30,680 nucleotides of DNA from Burkholderiales bacterium (GTDB taxonomy: Bacteria > Pseudomonadota > Gammaproteobacteria > Burkholderiales > Usitatibacteraceae), in NCBI GenBank assembly GCA_031413695.1, contig JANOEV010000146.1, forward strand, positions 1 to 30,680, in the 5' to 3' direction. Under the pieces are notes generated by a model. That model was not told where the DNA came from. It made no database searches and worked only from the letters and a program-made list of their open reading frames with translations. A program made the position numbers and the translations under genes. Within the stretch, counting starts at the first letter, position 1; each line of letters starts with the position of its first letter. Positions 1 to 9,455 of the stretch are shown here, piece by piece.

Positions 1-744
1 GGTCGGTGTTGCGGCCAGTTGTTGTTCGAACAACTTCTGCGCCTTTACCGCTTGGTCATTGTTGATCATTGCAAAACCCAGATTGCTCATCGCACCCGGC
101 AGGCTGTCGGCCAGATCCGTATCCGTACCGGGTTTGATCGATTTCAACATGGTCTCGGCCTTGGCAAATTCCTTTTCATAGGTGTGTACTTCCGCACGCA
201 GCAATTGTCCGCGCGCCCCGTCGATTTTGCCGAACTCATTGCTGCTGTCGATTGCCTTGCGGACGCTGCCGCCAGCGATACCGGGCGCTTGCAGATAGAA
301 CTGATTCAAGTCGCGGCGCATATCAAAATTGCGCGGATCCAACTCTACCGCCTTCACAAACATCTCCTTGATCTTGCCTGCGTATTTGAGCCCGCCGGTC
401 ATGCCGCCCGACATGGCCATCGCGCCGTAAAGCGAGCCGAGCATGTTATGGCAGCGCGCCGATTTCGGCAGATCCTTGATGCACTGCTCGGCACGCACCA
501 TCACGTCCTCGCGCTTTTTTGCGTCCCCGGCGACCACGCGTCCCAGATACCAAAGCGCCACATCGTCACCGGCATTTTTGGCGATACGTTCGCGGGCGAG
601 CGATTCAACCGCGGCGGTGTTGCGCAGCTTTAGCAGCGGTGTGAAGTCGGCGGCGGCTGATTGCGCGCCGGCCGGGTCAGACAGCGCCATTACGCCGGTG
701 ACGAGGCTGGCGTTAATCAATGTGGAGATTGTGTGTCGGTTCAT
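1..744 (-). CDS. Exported tetratricopeptide-repeat (TPR)-like protein, 3' end outside window (first 248 codons visible)
   Basis: Not in the ORF track because it has no stop in the window. Manual translation from ATG at 744: MNRHTISTLINASLVTGVMALSDPAGAQS (signal peptide-like), then helical TPR-like segments such as AEQCIKDLPKSARCHNMLGSLYG and FVKAVELDPRNFDMRRDLNQFYLQAPGIAGGS; frame is open to base 1. Confidence 0.8.
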   Translation of the reverse strand, partial: MNRHTISTLINASLVTGVMALSDPAGAQSAAADFTPLLKLRNTAAVESLARERIAKNAGDDVALWYLGRVVAGDAKKREDVMVRAEQCIKDLPKSARCHNMLGSLYGAMAMSGGMTGGLKYAGKIKEMFVKAVELDPRNFDMRRDLNQFYLQAPGIAGGSVRKAIDSSNEFGKIDGARGQLLRAEVHTYEKEFAKAETMLKSIKPGTDTDLADSLPGAMSNLGFAMINNDQAVKAQKLFEQQLAATPT

Positions 745-873
745 TTGTTTTCTTGAAAAGAATGGGAAGAATGCACTTTGACGCAATAGTGTGCGTGGTT
801 GGATGTCTAAAGTACGGAGAGAGACGGGCTATTGATTGGGTGTTTTGACCGAACTTTGGGCTAAAGTGTCGTG

Positions 874-2196
874 ATGGATGCAGATATTCAACCGCAACAA
901 GCCTGGCTCGCGTATTGCCGCGCCGGATTCGAACGCGATTTGGCGGAAGAATTACATGCCCGCTTTCACTGCACAGCGACTAACCTGGTTGAAAACAGCA
1001 GTTTCGTTGTTGCACCCGGCGCACGCATGAAGGCGTTGAACGAGACAGCCGTATCGACGCTGACCTTCGCGCGGCAGCTGATATTGACGCATACCACACC
1101 GGTTTCGTTGACAAGCAATGATCGCGTTAACCCGATATTGGAACGATTAATCACGTTTCTTGAATTCAACCATATTCTGTCAGTCACCGACTGCTGGGTC
1201 GAATATCCCGATACCAACGACGGAAAAGTGCTGTCGCGGGCGGCAAAGGCCATCGAACCCCGGTTGCGTGAGGCATTGTCTGCACAAAACAAGATCGCCG
1301 GCCATGCAAAGTATCGTGCACATGTTTTTATCACGCCGGACCGGCAAGCGTGGGTCGGTGTCGCCGAGGTGACGCTCTCGCAGCCGGACCCGCTCGGCAT
1401 TCCCCGCATCCGCATGCCGCATGATGCGCCGTCACGCTCGACGCTCAAACTGGCGGAGGCGTTCCAGGTATTTTTGGGTGAAAACCAGGCGCAGGCCTTG
1501 CAGCCCGATATGCGGGCGGTCGATTTGGGCGCAGCACCTGGCGGATGGACCTGGCAGTTGATGGGCCGCGGGATTCGTGTCACCGCCGTCGACAACGCCG
1601 ATCTGAAAGGCGATTTGGTCGACAATGCCATGGTTAAACATATGCGCATGGACGGCTTCAAATATGCCCCGCGTGTGTCTGTTGACTGGATGGTTTGTGA
1701 CATGGTTGAGTCGCCGTCGCGCATTGCACGACTGGTATCGACCTGGTTGGTCAATGACTGGGCGCGCTACATTATTTTTAATTTGAAGCTGCCGATGAAA
1801 AAACGGTATGCGGAGATGCTGCGCTGCCATGACATGATCGCGGCGGCGTGTGAAGACGCCGGCAAGCCGTTGGTGTTGCAAATCAAACAGCTCTATCACG
1901 ATCGCGAAGAGGTGACAGGGTTTGCCACCATCCCGACCCGACGTTCACAATTTGCCCACAACTTGACGGACGCAGCGGTCGCCCGCCGGTCGGAGCGCGC
2001 TGCAAGAAGCAAAGTGTCAACGGTGCGTGAGCATGCGTCGGAAAAGACGGCAGCAAAAGGCTCGGCAGGATCGGCCGGCGAAGGACGCAAGCGGTCGGGT
2101 GTGGAATCGCCGGCAACAAAACGCAAGCCAGCCACAGCGACCTCAACGTCGCCATGGTCGGCTAAGCCACCACCCAAACAAAAACGCCGCACCTAA
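874..2196 (+). CDS. rlmM: 23S rRNA (cytidine-2498-2'-O)-methyltransferase RlmM with a basic low-complexity C-terminal extension
   Basis: YCRAGFERDLAEEL N-terminus, MPHDAPSRSTLKLAEAF, AVDLGAAPGGWTWQL SAM motif, DWMVCDMVESP, IFNLKLPMKKRY and QLYHDREEVT are characteristic RlmM motifs. Start is ATG 874 or GTG 871. Confidence 0.93.
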   Translation: MDADIQPQQAWLAYCRAGFERDLAEELHARFHCTATNLVENSSFVVAPGARMKALNETAVSTLTFARQLILTHTTPVSLTSNDRVNPILERLITFLEFNHILSVTDCWVEYPDTNDGKVLSRAAKAIEPRLREALSAQNKIAGHAKYRAHVFITPDRQAWVGVAEVTLSQPDPLGIPRIRMPHDAPSRSTLKLAEAFQVFLGENQAQALQPDMRAVDLGAAPGGWTWQLMGRGIRVTAVDNADLKGDLVDNAMVKHMRMDGFKYAPRVSVDWMVCDMVESPSRIARLVSTWLVNDWARYIIFNLKLPMKKRYAEMLRCHDMIAAACEDAGKPLVLQIKQLYHDREEVTGFATIPTRRSQFAHNLTDAAVARRSERAARSKVSTVREHASEKTAAKGSAGSAGEGRKRSGVESPATKRKPATATSTSPWSAKPPPKQKRRT

Positions 2197-2209
2197 GTGC
2201 GGCGTTTTT
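2180..2209. terminator. Bidirectional intrinsic terminator between convergent rlmM and the TonB-like gene
   Basis: AAAAACGCCGCAC-CTAA-GTGCGGCGTTTTT: perfect inverted repeat with a T-tract on each strand; the loop contains the rlmM stop codon. Confidence 0.88.
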
Positions 2210-2226
2210 GTTTGGATCGGAAATGA

Positions 2227-2931
2227 CTATCGTTGGAAGTTGAATTCGGTTTCGTAGCTGCGGCCTTCGGTGCCGGCATTAAATTTCCATTTCATCAATG
2301 CCGCCTGAACTTCACGATCAAACACACGCGCCGGGCGGGCAGAAACAATGGAGACCAGGGTAGGGTCCCCGGCGGCATTGATATTGACGCGCGCCCTGAC
2401 TAAGCCGCCTTCAATATTCTGGCGAATCGCCTCACGCGGAAATCCTGGTTGTTCACGATTGATTACGGTGACTGTTGTATCGGCGGCGGGCCTCGGTGCA
2501 ACCGCCGCCACCACCGTTGCCGGCGACGCTGCAGCGACCGCTGCTGGCGCGGGTTGCACCGGCGCGACGACCGGTGCGGGTGGCGGTGTTGCCGGACGGG
2601 TGTCGGCTGCAACAGACTTGGCGGCATCAATCTTTGCAGGTCCGGCTGCATCCGGCTTTGCCACGGCGTCCGGCTTTGGGCCGGACTCGCGGATGGACTT
2701 GAGGTCCGCCATATAGTCGACTGTCTTGCGCGGCGCGTAAAAATCCGGCTGCGTTTCCTGCTTGGATTGCACGGACTTTAGTCGTTCCTCGGTGGTGACA
2801 ACCCGTTCACTCTTGCCGCAAGCGGATATCAAAACAAGCATCAGGCCGAAGGTAACCAACGCTGTTGCACGCGCCGGGATATTGATATTGGCGAACTGTC
2901 TGGCAGGCAATGCGTGTGGGGTCAGCATCAT
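2227..2931 (-). CDS. TonB C-terminal-domain protein with predicted lipoprotein signal
   Basis: Pro/Ala-rich linker followed by a TonB-CTD-like segment (REQPGFPREAIRQNIEGGLVRARVNINAAG...VFDREVQAALMKWKF); hydrophobic stretch ending in lipobox-like ISA-C. Exact start uncertain. Confidence 0.8.
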   Translation of the reverse strand: MMLTPHALPARQFANINIPARATALVTFGLMLVLISACGKSERVVTTEERLKSVQSKQETQPDFYAPRKTVDYMADLKSIRESGPKPDAVAKPDAAGPAKIDAAKSVAADTRPATPPPAPVVAPVQPAPAAVAAASPATVVAAVAPRPAADTTVTVINREQPGFPREAIRQNIEGGLVRARVNINAAGDPTLVSIVSARPARVFDREVQAALMKWKFNAGTEGRSYETEFNFQR

Positions 2932-2979
2932 CAGAATCTGAAAATATAGTGGATGGTTGGGTATTAATCAGCGGCGATT

Positions 2980-4098
2980 TTACAGCGGCCGCGCAACAAT
3001 GGTGAACATTGCAAACAAATTTGCCGAGAGGTCATTCACGACCTCGCCTTTGTCGTTTTTATCCCAGCCGGCGGCCAACCCCATGCGGCGCACAAACGCA
3101 TGATCTTCCGCGTCGAACGCGGTGATGGTAAAGCCGGCCTTGATGAATTGTTCGCGTGTAAACGGCGAACGGGCATCAGCCTGCGGCAAGAATGGCTTGT
3201 CGTTGGCCGATTGTTTCGGCGCAAGGTTATAAATGACCATCAGTCCGCCCGGTGCCAGTACTTGATAAACCGATTTTAGGAAAGCATCGTCAGTCACACC
3301 CAGATCGATCAGTTGGTTCTTGTTGGCGCGTCGCTCAGGCCTCAGATAACCGCGTTTAAGGGTGTTTTTTGACAGGATTAACTGATATGGGCCGCCGCGT
3401 GTGACGAGTTCGGCAATCGCTGCGTCTTTCGGCCAACGGCCGTGGGCAAGGGTGACCGTTCCCGGGGTGCCGCGATAGATGCCGCGCGCGGGTGCAACCA
3501 CGCCCTGATCGGAACGCTCCCGATATAACGCACCAAGGTAACTGTCAGGATCGACGCCGACGGTGTGTGCACCAAGACTAGCGAGCAGTCGCAAATGGCC
3601 GATCGAACCATAACCAAAATCGAGGATGTGCGCGCTTTTTGGTTCGGTGAAGCCGTGTGTGGCCGCCAGGTCAAGCGCGCGGACATACGCGAGTGGCGTG
3701 CCGTATTTGGTGAAGTAATAACGGTATTCATCAAGTTCCAGCGCGGCAAGTTTTTCGCGGCGCGCGGCGGGCAGCGCAGTGGCCTCGGTTGGCGAGAAGA
3801 ACTCGCGTGTGTTGTCATCGCGAAAGGCGGTACGGGTGGCAACAGACGGCAGGCCATCGGTGGCGCGAAGAAAACGCTTTGCCAAATCGGATGTCGCCAG
3901 CGGCATGAGAGCTGCAGCTTCGTCGACGAGCCGTTGCAGAGCCGCAGTCCGGGTGTTTTCAGCCGGTTTCGATGACTGCGATGAGGCTGTATTGACAGGC
4001 GCAACGATCGGCCGCTGTTGTGTGGCGCATCCCGCCAGCATTGACGCAAGCGCCATCGCAATAAAAATTCCGCCGTGCCTGTTTGGTTGCGTCTGCAT
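2980..4098 (-). CDS. Predicted lipoprotein with class I SAM-dependent methyltransferase-like fold, function unknown
   Basis: N-terminal GIFIAMALASMLAG-C lipobox; ILDFGYGSIGHLRLLASLGAHTVGVD resembles motif I plus the beta-2 acidic residue; YQLILSKNTLK and VYQVLAPGGLMVI resemble later MTase motifs. Confidence 0.6.
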   Translation of the reverse strand: MQTQPNRHGGIFIAMALASMLAGCATQQRPIVAPVNTASSQSSKPAENTRTAALQRLVDEAAALMPLATSDLAKRFLRATDGLPSVATRTAFRDDNTREFFSPTEATALPAARREKLAALELDEYRYYFTKYGTPLAYVRALDLAATHGFTEPKSAHILDFGYGSIGHLRLLASLGAHTVGVDPDSYLGALYRERSDQGVVAPARGIYRGTPGTVTLAHGRWPKDAAIAELVTRGGPYQLILSKNTLKRGYLRPERRANKNQLIDLGVTDDAFLKSVYQVLAPGGLMVIYNLAPKQSANDKPFLPQADARSPFTREQFIKAGFTITAFDAEDHAFVRRMGLAAGWDKNDKGEVVNDLSANLFAMFTIVARPL

Positions 4099-4212
4099 TG
4101 CTGGATTTTAGTCGATGCCGTAACCATGGGCGTAACTTGTGCGGAAATTTGTCCGGATACGCGTGTTCAGGCTTGCACTGAATTCAACCTTGAATCGCCG
4201 TCGCAATCCGTG

Positions 4213-5253
4213 TCATTCTGTTTCCGGTTCGGTCACAACGTAGCCCTTTTGGCGTAACTTTGCCAAATAACCATCTGGCGTGACCAGTTGCGCGATGGGC
4301 AGGACTGCAACGGTGACGGCATTTTTTGTCAGCGCATTTTCTGCACTGGTAAGCCAGAGCGTTTCAAGTTGCGCCGGAATATTTTGCGCACCAAGCGTTT
4401 TGACAAACGACGCATTGGTAATCGCCTCCTGGCAGGCGGCACGTTGGTCGGAAACGGGAAAGCGGCGCAGTTGGTCAACATCACCAACCGCCCAGGCCCG
4501 GGCGCGTGACCGCATGGCGTCCAGATCGGTCTCAATACGCGTGATGGTCTTGGCAAAACAATCCAAATCTGCCAATCGATTCGCGCGGAATTCCTTCAGT
4601 GCTGAACGCGCGTTATTGACCGGTGGCTCCAATTTGAGTTCGGTGACTTTGACGCGGTACTTTTTTGCACTTTCGTCTATTACCGGCCAAACCGCGTTGG
4701 TATTGGTGAGTCCGGACTTGCGAATCGCCTTCGAATACAGATGCAGCGCGGCGAACATCGGCCGCCATCGTTCGATATCAGTGTCCTCGTTGTCGGTGTT
4801 GTATTGGTCAACGTACTTGTCACGCAGCAACAACCAACGCGGATACAGATCTGGTGGGACAATGTCCTTGAGCATCGCGTTGTCCGGATTTTTCCGCGCT
4901 TCCATTGCCGATGGCAGCATGGTCAGCGCCGTAAAATAGCCGATCTGTTTCATCGACACACTGATGGTTGGTTCGCGGAGGACCTCCTGTGATTGCGCGA
5001 TGACAGCTTTGAGACTCTTGGCGCGCCAGGTCATATTTTGCGGAACGGGCGTGAGTGTGCCGACGATCCAAAGTACATTGTTTCCGCGCGACACCTTCCA
5101 CATGCCCGGGCCGGGTTGTTCACCGACAATCAGCAATGTTTCCGTATCAGCCGATGGTGGCACCGGTGTATTTGCCGGTGGCGATGGGTTCGCCAGCACC
5201 GCGCCGGCTGATATGGAGATGCACAGGGAAAGGACAATCGGTAGCGGATGCAT
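4213..5253 (-). CDS. TraB/GumN family exported protein
   Basis: Signal peptide MHPLPIVLSLCISISAGAVLA; GPGMWKVSRGNNVLWIVGTLTP, MRSRARAWAVGDV and WLTSAENALTKNAVTVAVLPIAQLVTPDGYLAKLRQKGYVV match the TraB/GumN pattern. Start moved to ATG 5253 because 5334 lies inside the terminator hairpin. Confidence 0.8.
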   Translation of the reverse strand: MHPLPIVLSLCISISAGAVLANPSPPANTPVPPSADTETLLIVGEQPGPGMWKVSRGNNVLWIVGTLTPVPQNMTWRAKSLKAVIAQSQEVLREPTISVSMKQIGYFTALTMLPSAMEARKNPDNAMLKDIVPPDLYPRWLLLRDKYVDQYNTDNEDTDIERWRPMFAALHLYSKAIRKSGLTNTNAVWPVIDESAKKYRVKVTELKLEPPVNNARSALKEFRANRLADLDCFAKTITRIETDLDAMRSRARAWAVGDVDQLRRFPVSDQRAACQEAITNASFVKTLGAQNIPAQLETLWLTSAENALTKNAVTVAVLPIAQLVTPDGYLAKLRQKGYVVTEPETE

Positions 5254-5320
5254 TTGTGAAGGAATCGACAAGGTCGTGAGAGTGATCGACTGCTGGATCG
5301 GATGATAGTTCCGCCCGACA

Positions 5321-5364
5321 TCAGAAACAGACAAGCCGGGCGAGCCCGGCTTGTCTGTTTCTGA
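5321..5364 (-). terminator. 20-bp perfect hairpin, probable terminator of the acnA/prp transcript
   Basis: TCAGAAACAGACAAGCCGGG-CGAG-CCCGGCTTGTCTGTTTCTGA, about 50 nt downstream of the acnA stop. Confidence 0.75.
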
Positions 5365-5414
5365 ATCGAAAAGTCAGCAATAAAGCGGATGACAATCGTT
5401 CGCCAGACGTCCGA

Positions 5415-8120
5415 TCATGCCGCCTTGCCGATCAGTTCCCGCAACACATATGGCAGGATACCGCCGTGCAGGTAGTAGTCAACCTCAATCGGCGTGTCAA
5501 TGCGCAGCAATAACGTGGTTGCGTGTTTGCTGCCGTCCTTGCGCGTGATGGTAAGCGTCACATCCATTTGCGGCTTGATACCGTTTTCAATCCCGGTGAT
5601 GTCAAACGACTCGTCGCCTTTGAGTCCCAACGTTTCAGCAGATTCGCCGTTCTTGAATTGGCACGCAAGCACACCCATGCCAACCAGATTGGAACGATGG
5701 ATGCGCTCAAAGCTCTTGGCAATAACGGCTTTCACGCCGAGCAATTGTGTGCCCTTGGCCGCCCAATCCCGCGATGAGCCGGTGCCGTATTCTTCACCGC
5801 CAAAAACAACGGTCGCTGTGCCAGCCGCAACGTATTGCATGGCGGCATCGTAAATCGATGTTTGTTCACCACCCGGTTGCAAAAGTGTGAAGCCGCCCTC
5901 GATACGTGATTTGTCGGCATTCAACGGCAGCATCAAATTTTTGATGCGGACGTTGGCAAATGTACCGCGCATCATCACCTCGTGATTGCCGCGGCGTGCA
6001 CCATAGCTGTTGAAATCGGGCTTTAGTACTTTATGGTTGATCAGGTACTTTCCGGCCGGCGAAGAGTCCTTGATGGAGCCGGCGGGTGAGATGTGGTCGG
6101 TGGTCACCGAGTCACCGAAAATGCCCAGTGCACGCGCACCCTTGACGTCGTGCGCGACGCCGGCGGACATGCCGAAGTTGTCGCCGAAAAATGGTGGTTC
6201 GGCAATGTAAGTCGAGGTCGGCCAATCGTACACCTGTCCGTCAACGCCCTTGATGTTTTGCCAAAGCGGGTTGTCTGCGCCAAGATTTGAATACAGACGT
6301 TGATAGGTTGCCGGGTCTTTGGCGAAGTTCATGACAGCGGCGACTTCCGCACTGGTCGGCCAGATGTCCTTCAGGAACACCGGGCCGTTGGTGCCATGGC
6401 CGACCGGTTCGGTTTCGAGATCCTTTAGCACGGTGCCGGCAATGGCATAGGCCACCACCAACGGCGGTGACGCCAGAAAGTTTGCGCGGATATTCGGATG
6501 TATGCGTGCTTCGAAATTTCGATTGCCCGACAATACCGCCGCCGCCACCAAATCGTTTGATTGAATTGACTCGTTGAATGCCGGCGTCAGATCACCTGCG
6601 TTGCCGATACAGGTGGTGCAGCCATAACCCGCCAGATAAAAGCCGAGCTGTTCCAGATACGTGAGCAGACCGGCCTTGGTCAGGTAATCGGTGACCACCC
6701 GCGAACCGGGCGCCAATGAGGTCTTGATATGCGGTGCAACCTTCAGACCTTTTTCAACCGCCTTTTTCGCCAGCAGACCCGCAGCGAGCAAAACGCCAGG
6801 GTTGGACGTGTTGGTGCACGAAGTGATGGCGGCAATCAACACATCGCCCGAGCCAAGGTCAACGCCACCCTTGGTTGGAAATCGTTTGCCCAGGTCATCG
6901 GCCGACTTGGCAAATCCATTTTCGGCAACCGGCTTGGAAAACAGCGACGCAAATTGTGACTTCATGTCGCCCAATTCAATTCTGTCCTGCGGCCGTTTCG
7001 GACCGGCAAGTGATGCACGGACTGAATCGAGATCAAATTCGAGTGTTGTCGAATAATGGCAATCACCCTTCATCGGCACACCATACAAACCCTGCGCCTT
7101 GAAGTAGCTGCTGAATGCATCGAGTTCGTCTGCGGTGCGGCCGGTCGACTTGAGATAATCAACAGTGGTATCGTCAACCGGGAAAAAACCCATGGTCGCA
7201 CCGTACTCCGGTGCCATGTTGGCAATGGTGGCGCGGTCGGGCAGCGCGAGTGACGCCGTACCGGGGCCGAAAAATTCAACAAACTTGCCAACCACCTTTG
7301 CCTTGCGCAGTAATTCGGTTATGGTCAACACGAGGTCGGTTGCGGTTACGCCCTCGCGTAATTTGCCGGTAAGATTGACACCGACCACATCCGGCGTCAG
7401 GAAATACACCGGCTGCCCCAGCATGCCGGCTTCGGCCTCGATGCCGCCGACACCCCAGCCGACCACACCGATACCGTTGATCATGGTGGTGTGTGAGTCG
7501 GTCCCAACCAGTGTGTCCGGGTAATAAACGCCGGCCTTGCTGTGTACGCCGCGTGCGAGGTACTCAAGGTTGACCTGATGCACAATGCCAATGCCGGGTG
7601 GCACGACCTTGAATGTGTCAAACGCCTGCATTCCCCACTTCATGAATTGGTAACGCTCGACGTTGCGTTGAAATTCGAGTTTCATGTTCAGATCGAGCGA
7701 GTCTGCGGTGCCGTAGTTGTCGACTTGTACCGAGTGGTCGACCACCAGATCAACGGGTACCAATGGCTCGATCATTTTTGGATTCTTGCCCATCTTGCTG
7801 ACCACGCCGCGCATCGCCGCCAGGTCGGCCAACAACGGAATGCCGGTAAAGTCCTGCAACACCACGCGGGCGACAATAAATGGAATCTCGTTTGAACGCT
7901 GATCGCCGGGCTGCCAGTTGGCGAGTTGCTTTACGTGTTCTTCCGTGACTTTTTTGCCATCAACATTTCTCAATACCGCCTCAAGCACAATCCGGATCGA
8001 TACCGGCAGCTTTGCCACGTTTGGGTAGGTCTTGGCGAGTTCGGGCAGCGAATAAAACTGTCCGTTTTTGCCGGACGCCAACTTAAATGACTGCAGTGTG
8101 TTGTGGGTGTTATGGGACAT
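5415..8120 (-). CDS. acnA: Aconitate hydratase AcnA
   Basis: 901 aa; [59 protein letters not shown] (three cluster Cys), [25 protein letters not shown]; AAAGGA RBS upstream. Confidence 0.96.
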   Translation of the reverse strand: MSHNTHNTLQSFKLASGKNGQFYSLPELAKTYPNVAKLPVSIRIVLEAVLRNVDGKKVTEEHVKQLANWQPGDQRSNEIPFIVARVVLQDFTGIPLLADLAAMRGVVSKMGKNPKMIEPLVPVDLVVDHSVQVDNYGTADSLDLNMKLEFQRNVERYQFMKWGMQAFDTFKVVPPGIGIVHQVNLEYLARGVHSKAGVYYPDTLVGTDSHTTMINGIGVVGWGVGGIEAEAGMLGQPVYFLTPDVVGVNLTGKLREGVTATDLVLTITELLRKAKVVGKFVEFFGPGTASLALPDRATIANMAPEYGATMGFFPVDDTTVDYLKSTGRTADELDAFSSYFKAQGLYGVPMKGDCHYSTTLEFDLDSVRASLAGPKRPQDRIELGDMKSQFASLFSKPVAENGFAKSADDLGKRFPTKGGVDLGSGDVLIAAITSCTNTSNPGVLLAAGLLAKKAVEKGLKVAPHIKTSLAPGSRVVTDYLTKAGLLTYLEQLGFYLAGYGCTTCIGNAGDLTPAFNESIQSNDLVAAAVLSGNRNFEARIHPNIRANFLASPPLVVAYAIAGTVLKDLETEPVGHGTNGPVFLKDIWPTSAEVAAVMNFAKDPATYQRLYSNLGADNPLWQNIKGVDGQVYDWPTSTYIAEPPFFGDNFGMSAGVAHDVKGARALGIFGDSVTTDHISPAGSIKDSSPAGKYLINHKVLKPDFNSYGARRGNHEVMMRGTFANVRIKNLMLPLNADKSRIEGGFTLLQPGGEQTSIYDAAMQYVAAGTATVVFGGEEYGTGSSRDWAAKGTQLLGVKAVIAKSFERIHRSNLVGMGVLACQFKNGESAETLGLKGDESFDITGIENGIKPQMDVTLTITRKDGSKHATTLLLRIDTPIEVDYYLHGGILPYVLRELIGKAA

Positions 8121-8256
8121 GCTGATTCCTTTAGAGGCGGGAACGACGTAACGGCAGATTTGATGGGATTGGTAATTTTAAGGCCATTGTCGGCCTAATT
8201 GCGGGAAACAAAAGGGATGGGAAGTGATGGCATCCGCATATACCCGAGCGGTGTTG

Positions 8257-9453
8257 TCAACGCTGTTCGTCGGGAACACGAACAAAACCTTCCATCAAGA
8301 CCCTTGCGCTACGGCTCATGATGGCCTTGGTCACCTGCCATTCACCATTCACCATTGCCGCCTCGGCACCGACCCGAAGCGTGCCGGATGGGTGACCAAA
8401 TCTGACCGCGGAGCGTGGAATACCACCCGCGGCGAGGTTGACCAGGGTGCCGGGAACGGCTGCCGCCACCCCGATGGCAACCGCCGCCGTACCCATCATG
8501 GCGTGATGCAGCTTGCCCATTGACATCGCACGAACCAGCAAATCGACGTCGCCTGCGGCAACCGGCTTGCCACTGGACGACACATAGTTGGCCGGTTTTG
8601 CGACAAATGCGATTTTGGGCGTATGTTGGCGTTTGGCAGCCTCGCTGACGTTTTTAATGAGCCCCATTTTGATCGCGCCATGGGCACGGATTGTTTCAAA
8701 CATTGCCAGTGCGTTGGCATCGCCATTGATGGCATCCTGCAATTCGCATCCGCGATAGCCGATGGCGTCGGCATTGACAAAAATGGTCGGGATACCGGCA
8801 TTGATCATGGTCGCCTTCAACACGCCGACACCCGGTACATCGAGATCATCAACCAAATTACCGGTTGGAAACATTGCGCCGCCCGCACCGGGTTCTTCCG
8901 CCGCCGGGTCCATGAATTCCAATTGCACTTCGGCTGCCGGGAAGGTGACACCGTCCAATTCGAAATCACCGGTCTCCTGGACCTGACCATTGGTCACCGG
9001 CACATGCGAGATGATGGTCTTGCCGATGTTGGCTTGCCAGATGCGCACAATTGCGACGCCGTTGGCGGGAATTCGGCCTGCGTCAACCAGACCATTGCTG
9101 ATTGCGTAGGGGCCGACGGCGGCGGACAGATTGCCGCAGTTGCCGCTCCAGTCGACAAACGGCTGGTCGATTGATACCTGCCCAAACAAATAATCCACAT
9201 CGTGATCGGCGCGGTCACTTTTTGCCAGGATCACCGTCTTGCTGGTGCTCGATGTTGCCGCGCCCATACCGTCAATTTGTTTGCCGTAGGGATCGGGGCT
9301 GCCGATCACCCGCAGTAACAATTGATCACGCGTCGGGCCGGGTTTTTGCGCCTGTTTCGGCAGGTCGGTTAATTTGAAAAACACACCTTTGCTGGTGCCG
9401 CCGCGCATATAGGTGGCGGGGATGCGGATTTGCGGTGCACTTGGCTGGGACAT
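8257..9453 (-). CDS. prpF: 2-methylaconitate cis-trans isomerase PrpF
   Basis: IPATYMRGGTSKGVFF, GSPDPYGKQIDGMG, DWSGNCGNLSAAVG, SMGKLHHAMMGT, MSRSARVLMEG. Start moved to ATG 9453 (MSQPSAPQIRIPA), 2 nt after the acnD stop. Confidence 0.95.
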   Translation of the reverse strand: MSQPSAPQIRIPATYMRGGTSKGVFFKLTDLPKQAQKPGPTRDQLLLRVIGSPDPYGKQIDGMGAATSSTSKTVILAKSDRADHDVDYLFGQVSIDQPFVDWSGNCGNLSAAVGPYAISNGLVDAGRIPANGVAIVRIWQANIGKTIISHVPVTNGQVQETGDFELDGVTFPAAEVQLEFMDPAAEEPGAGGAMFPTGNLVDDLDVPGVGVLKATMINAGIPTIFVNADAIGYRGCELQDAINGDANALAMFETIRAHGAIKMGLIKNVSEAAKRQHTPKIAFVAKPANYVSSSGKPVAAGDVDLLVRAMSMGKLHHAMMGTAAVAIGVAAAVPGTLVNLAAGGIPRSAVRFGHPSGTLRVGAEAAMVNGEWQVTKAIMSRSARVLMEGFVRVPDEQR

Positions 9454-9455
9454 TG

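Noticed and set aside
19-781. Plus-strand ORFs 19..633 and 443..781
   Set aside because: They are antisense shadows of the minus-strand TPR gene (744 to the window edge), which has a signal peptide and coherent repeats.
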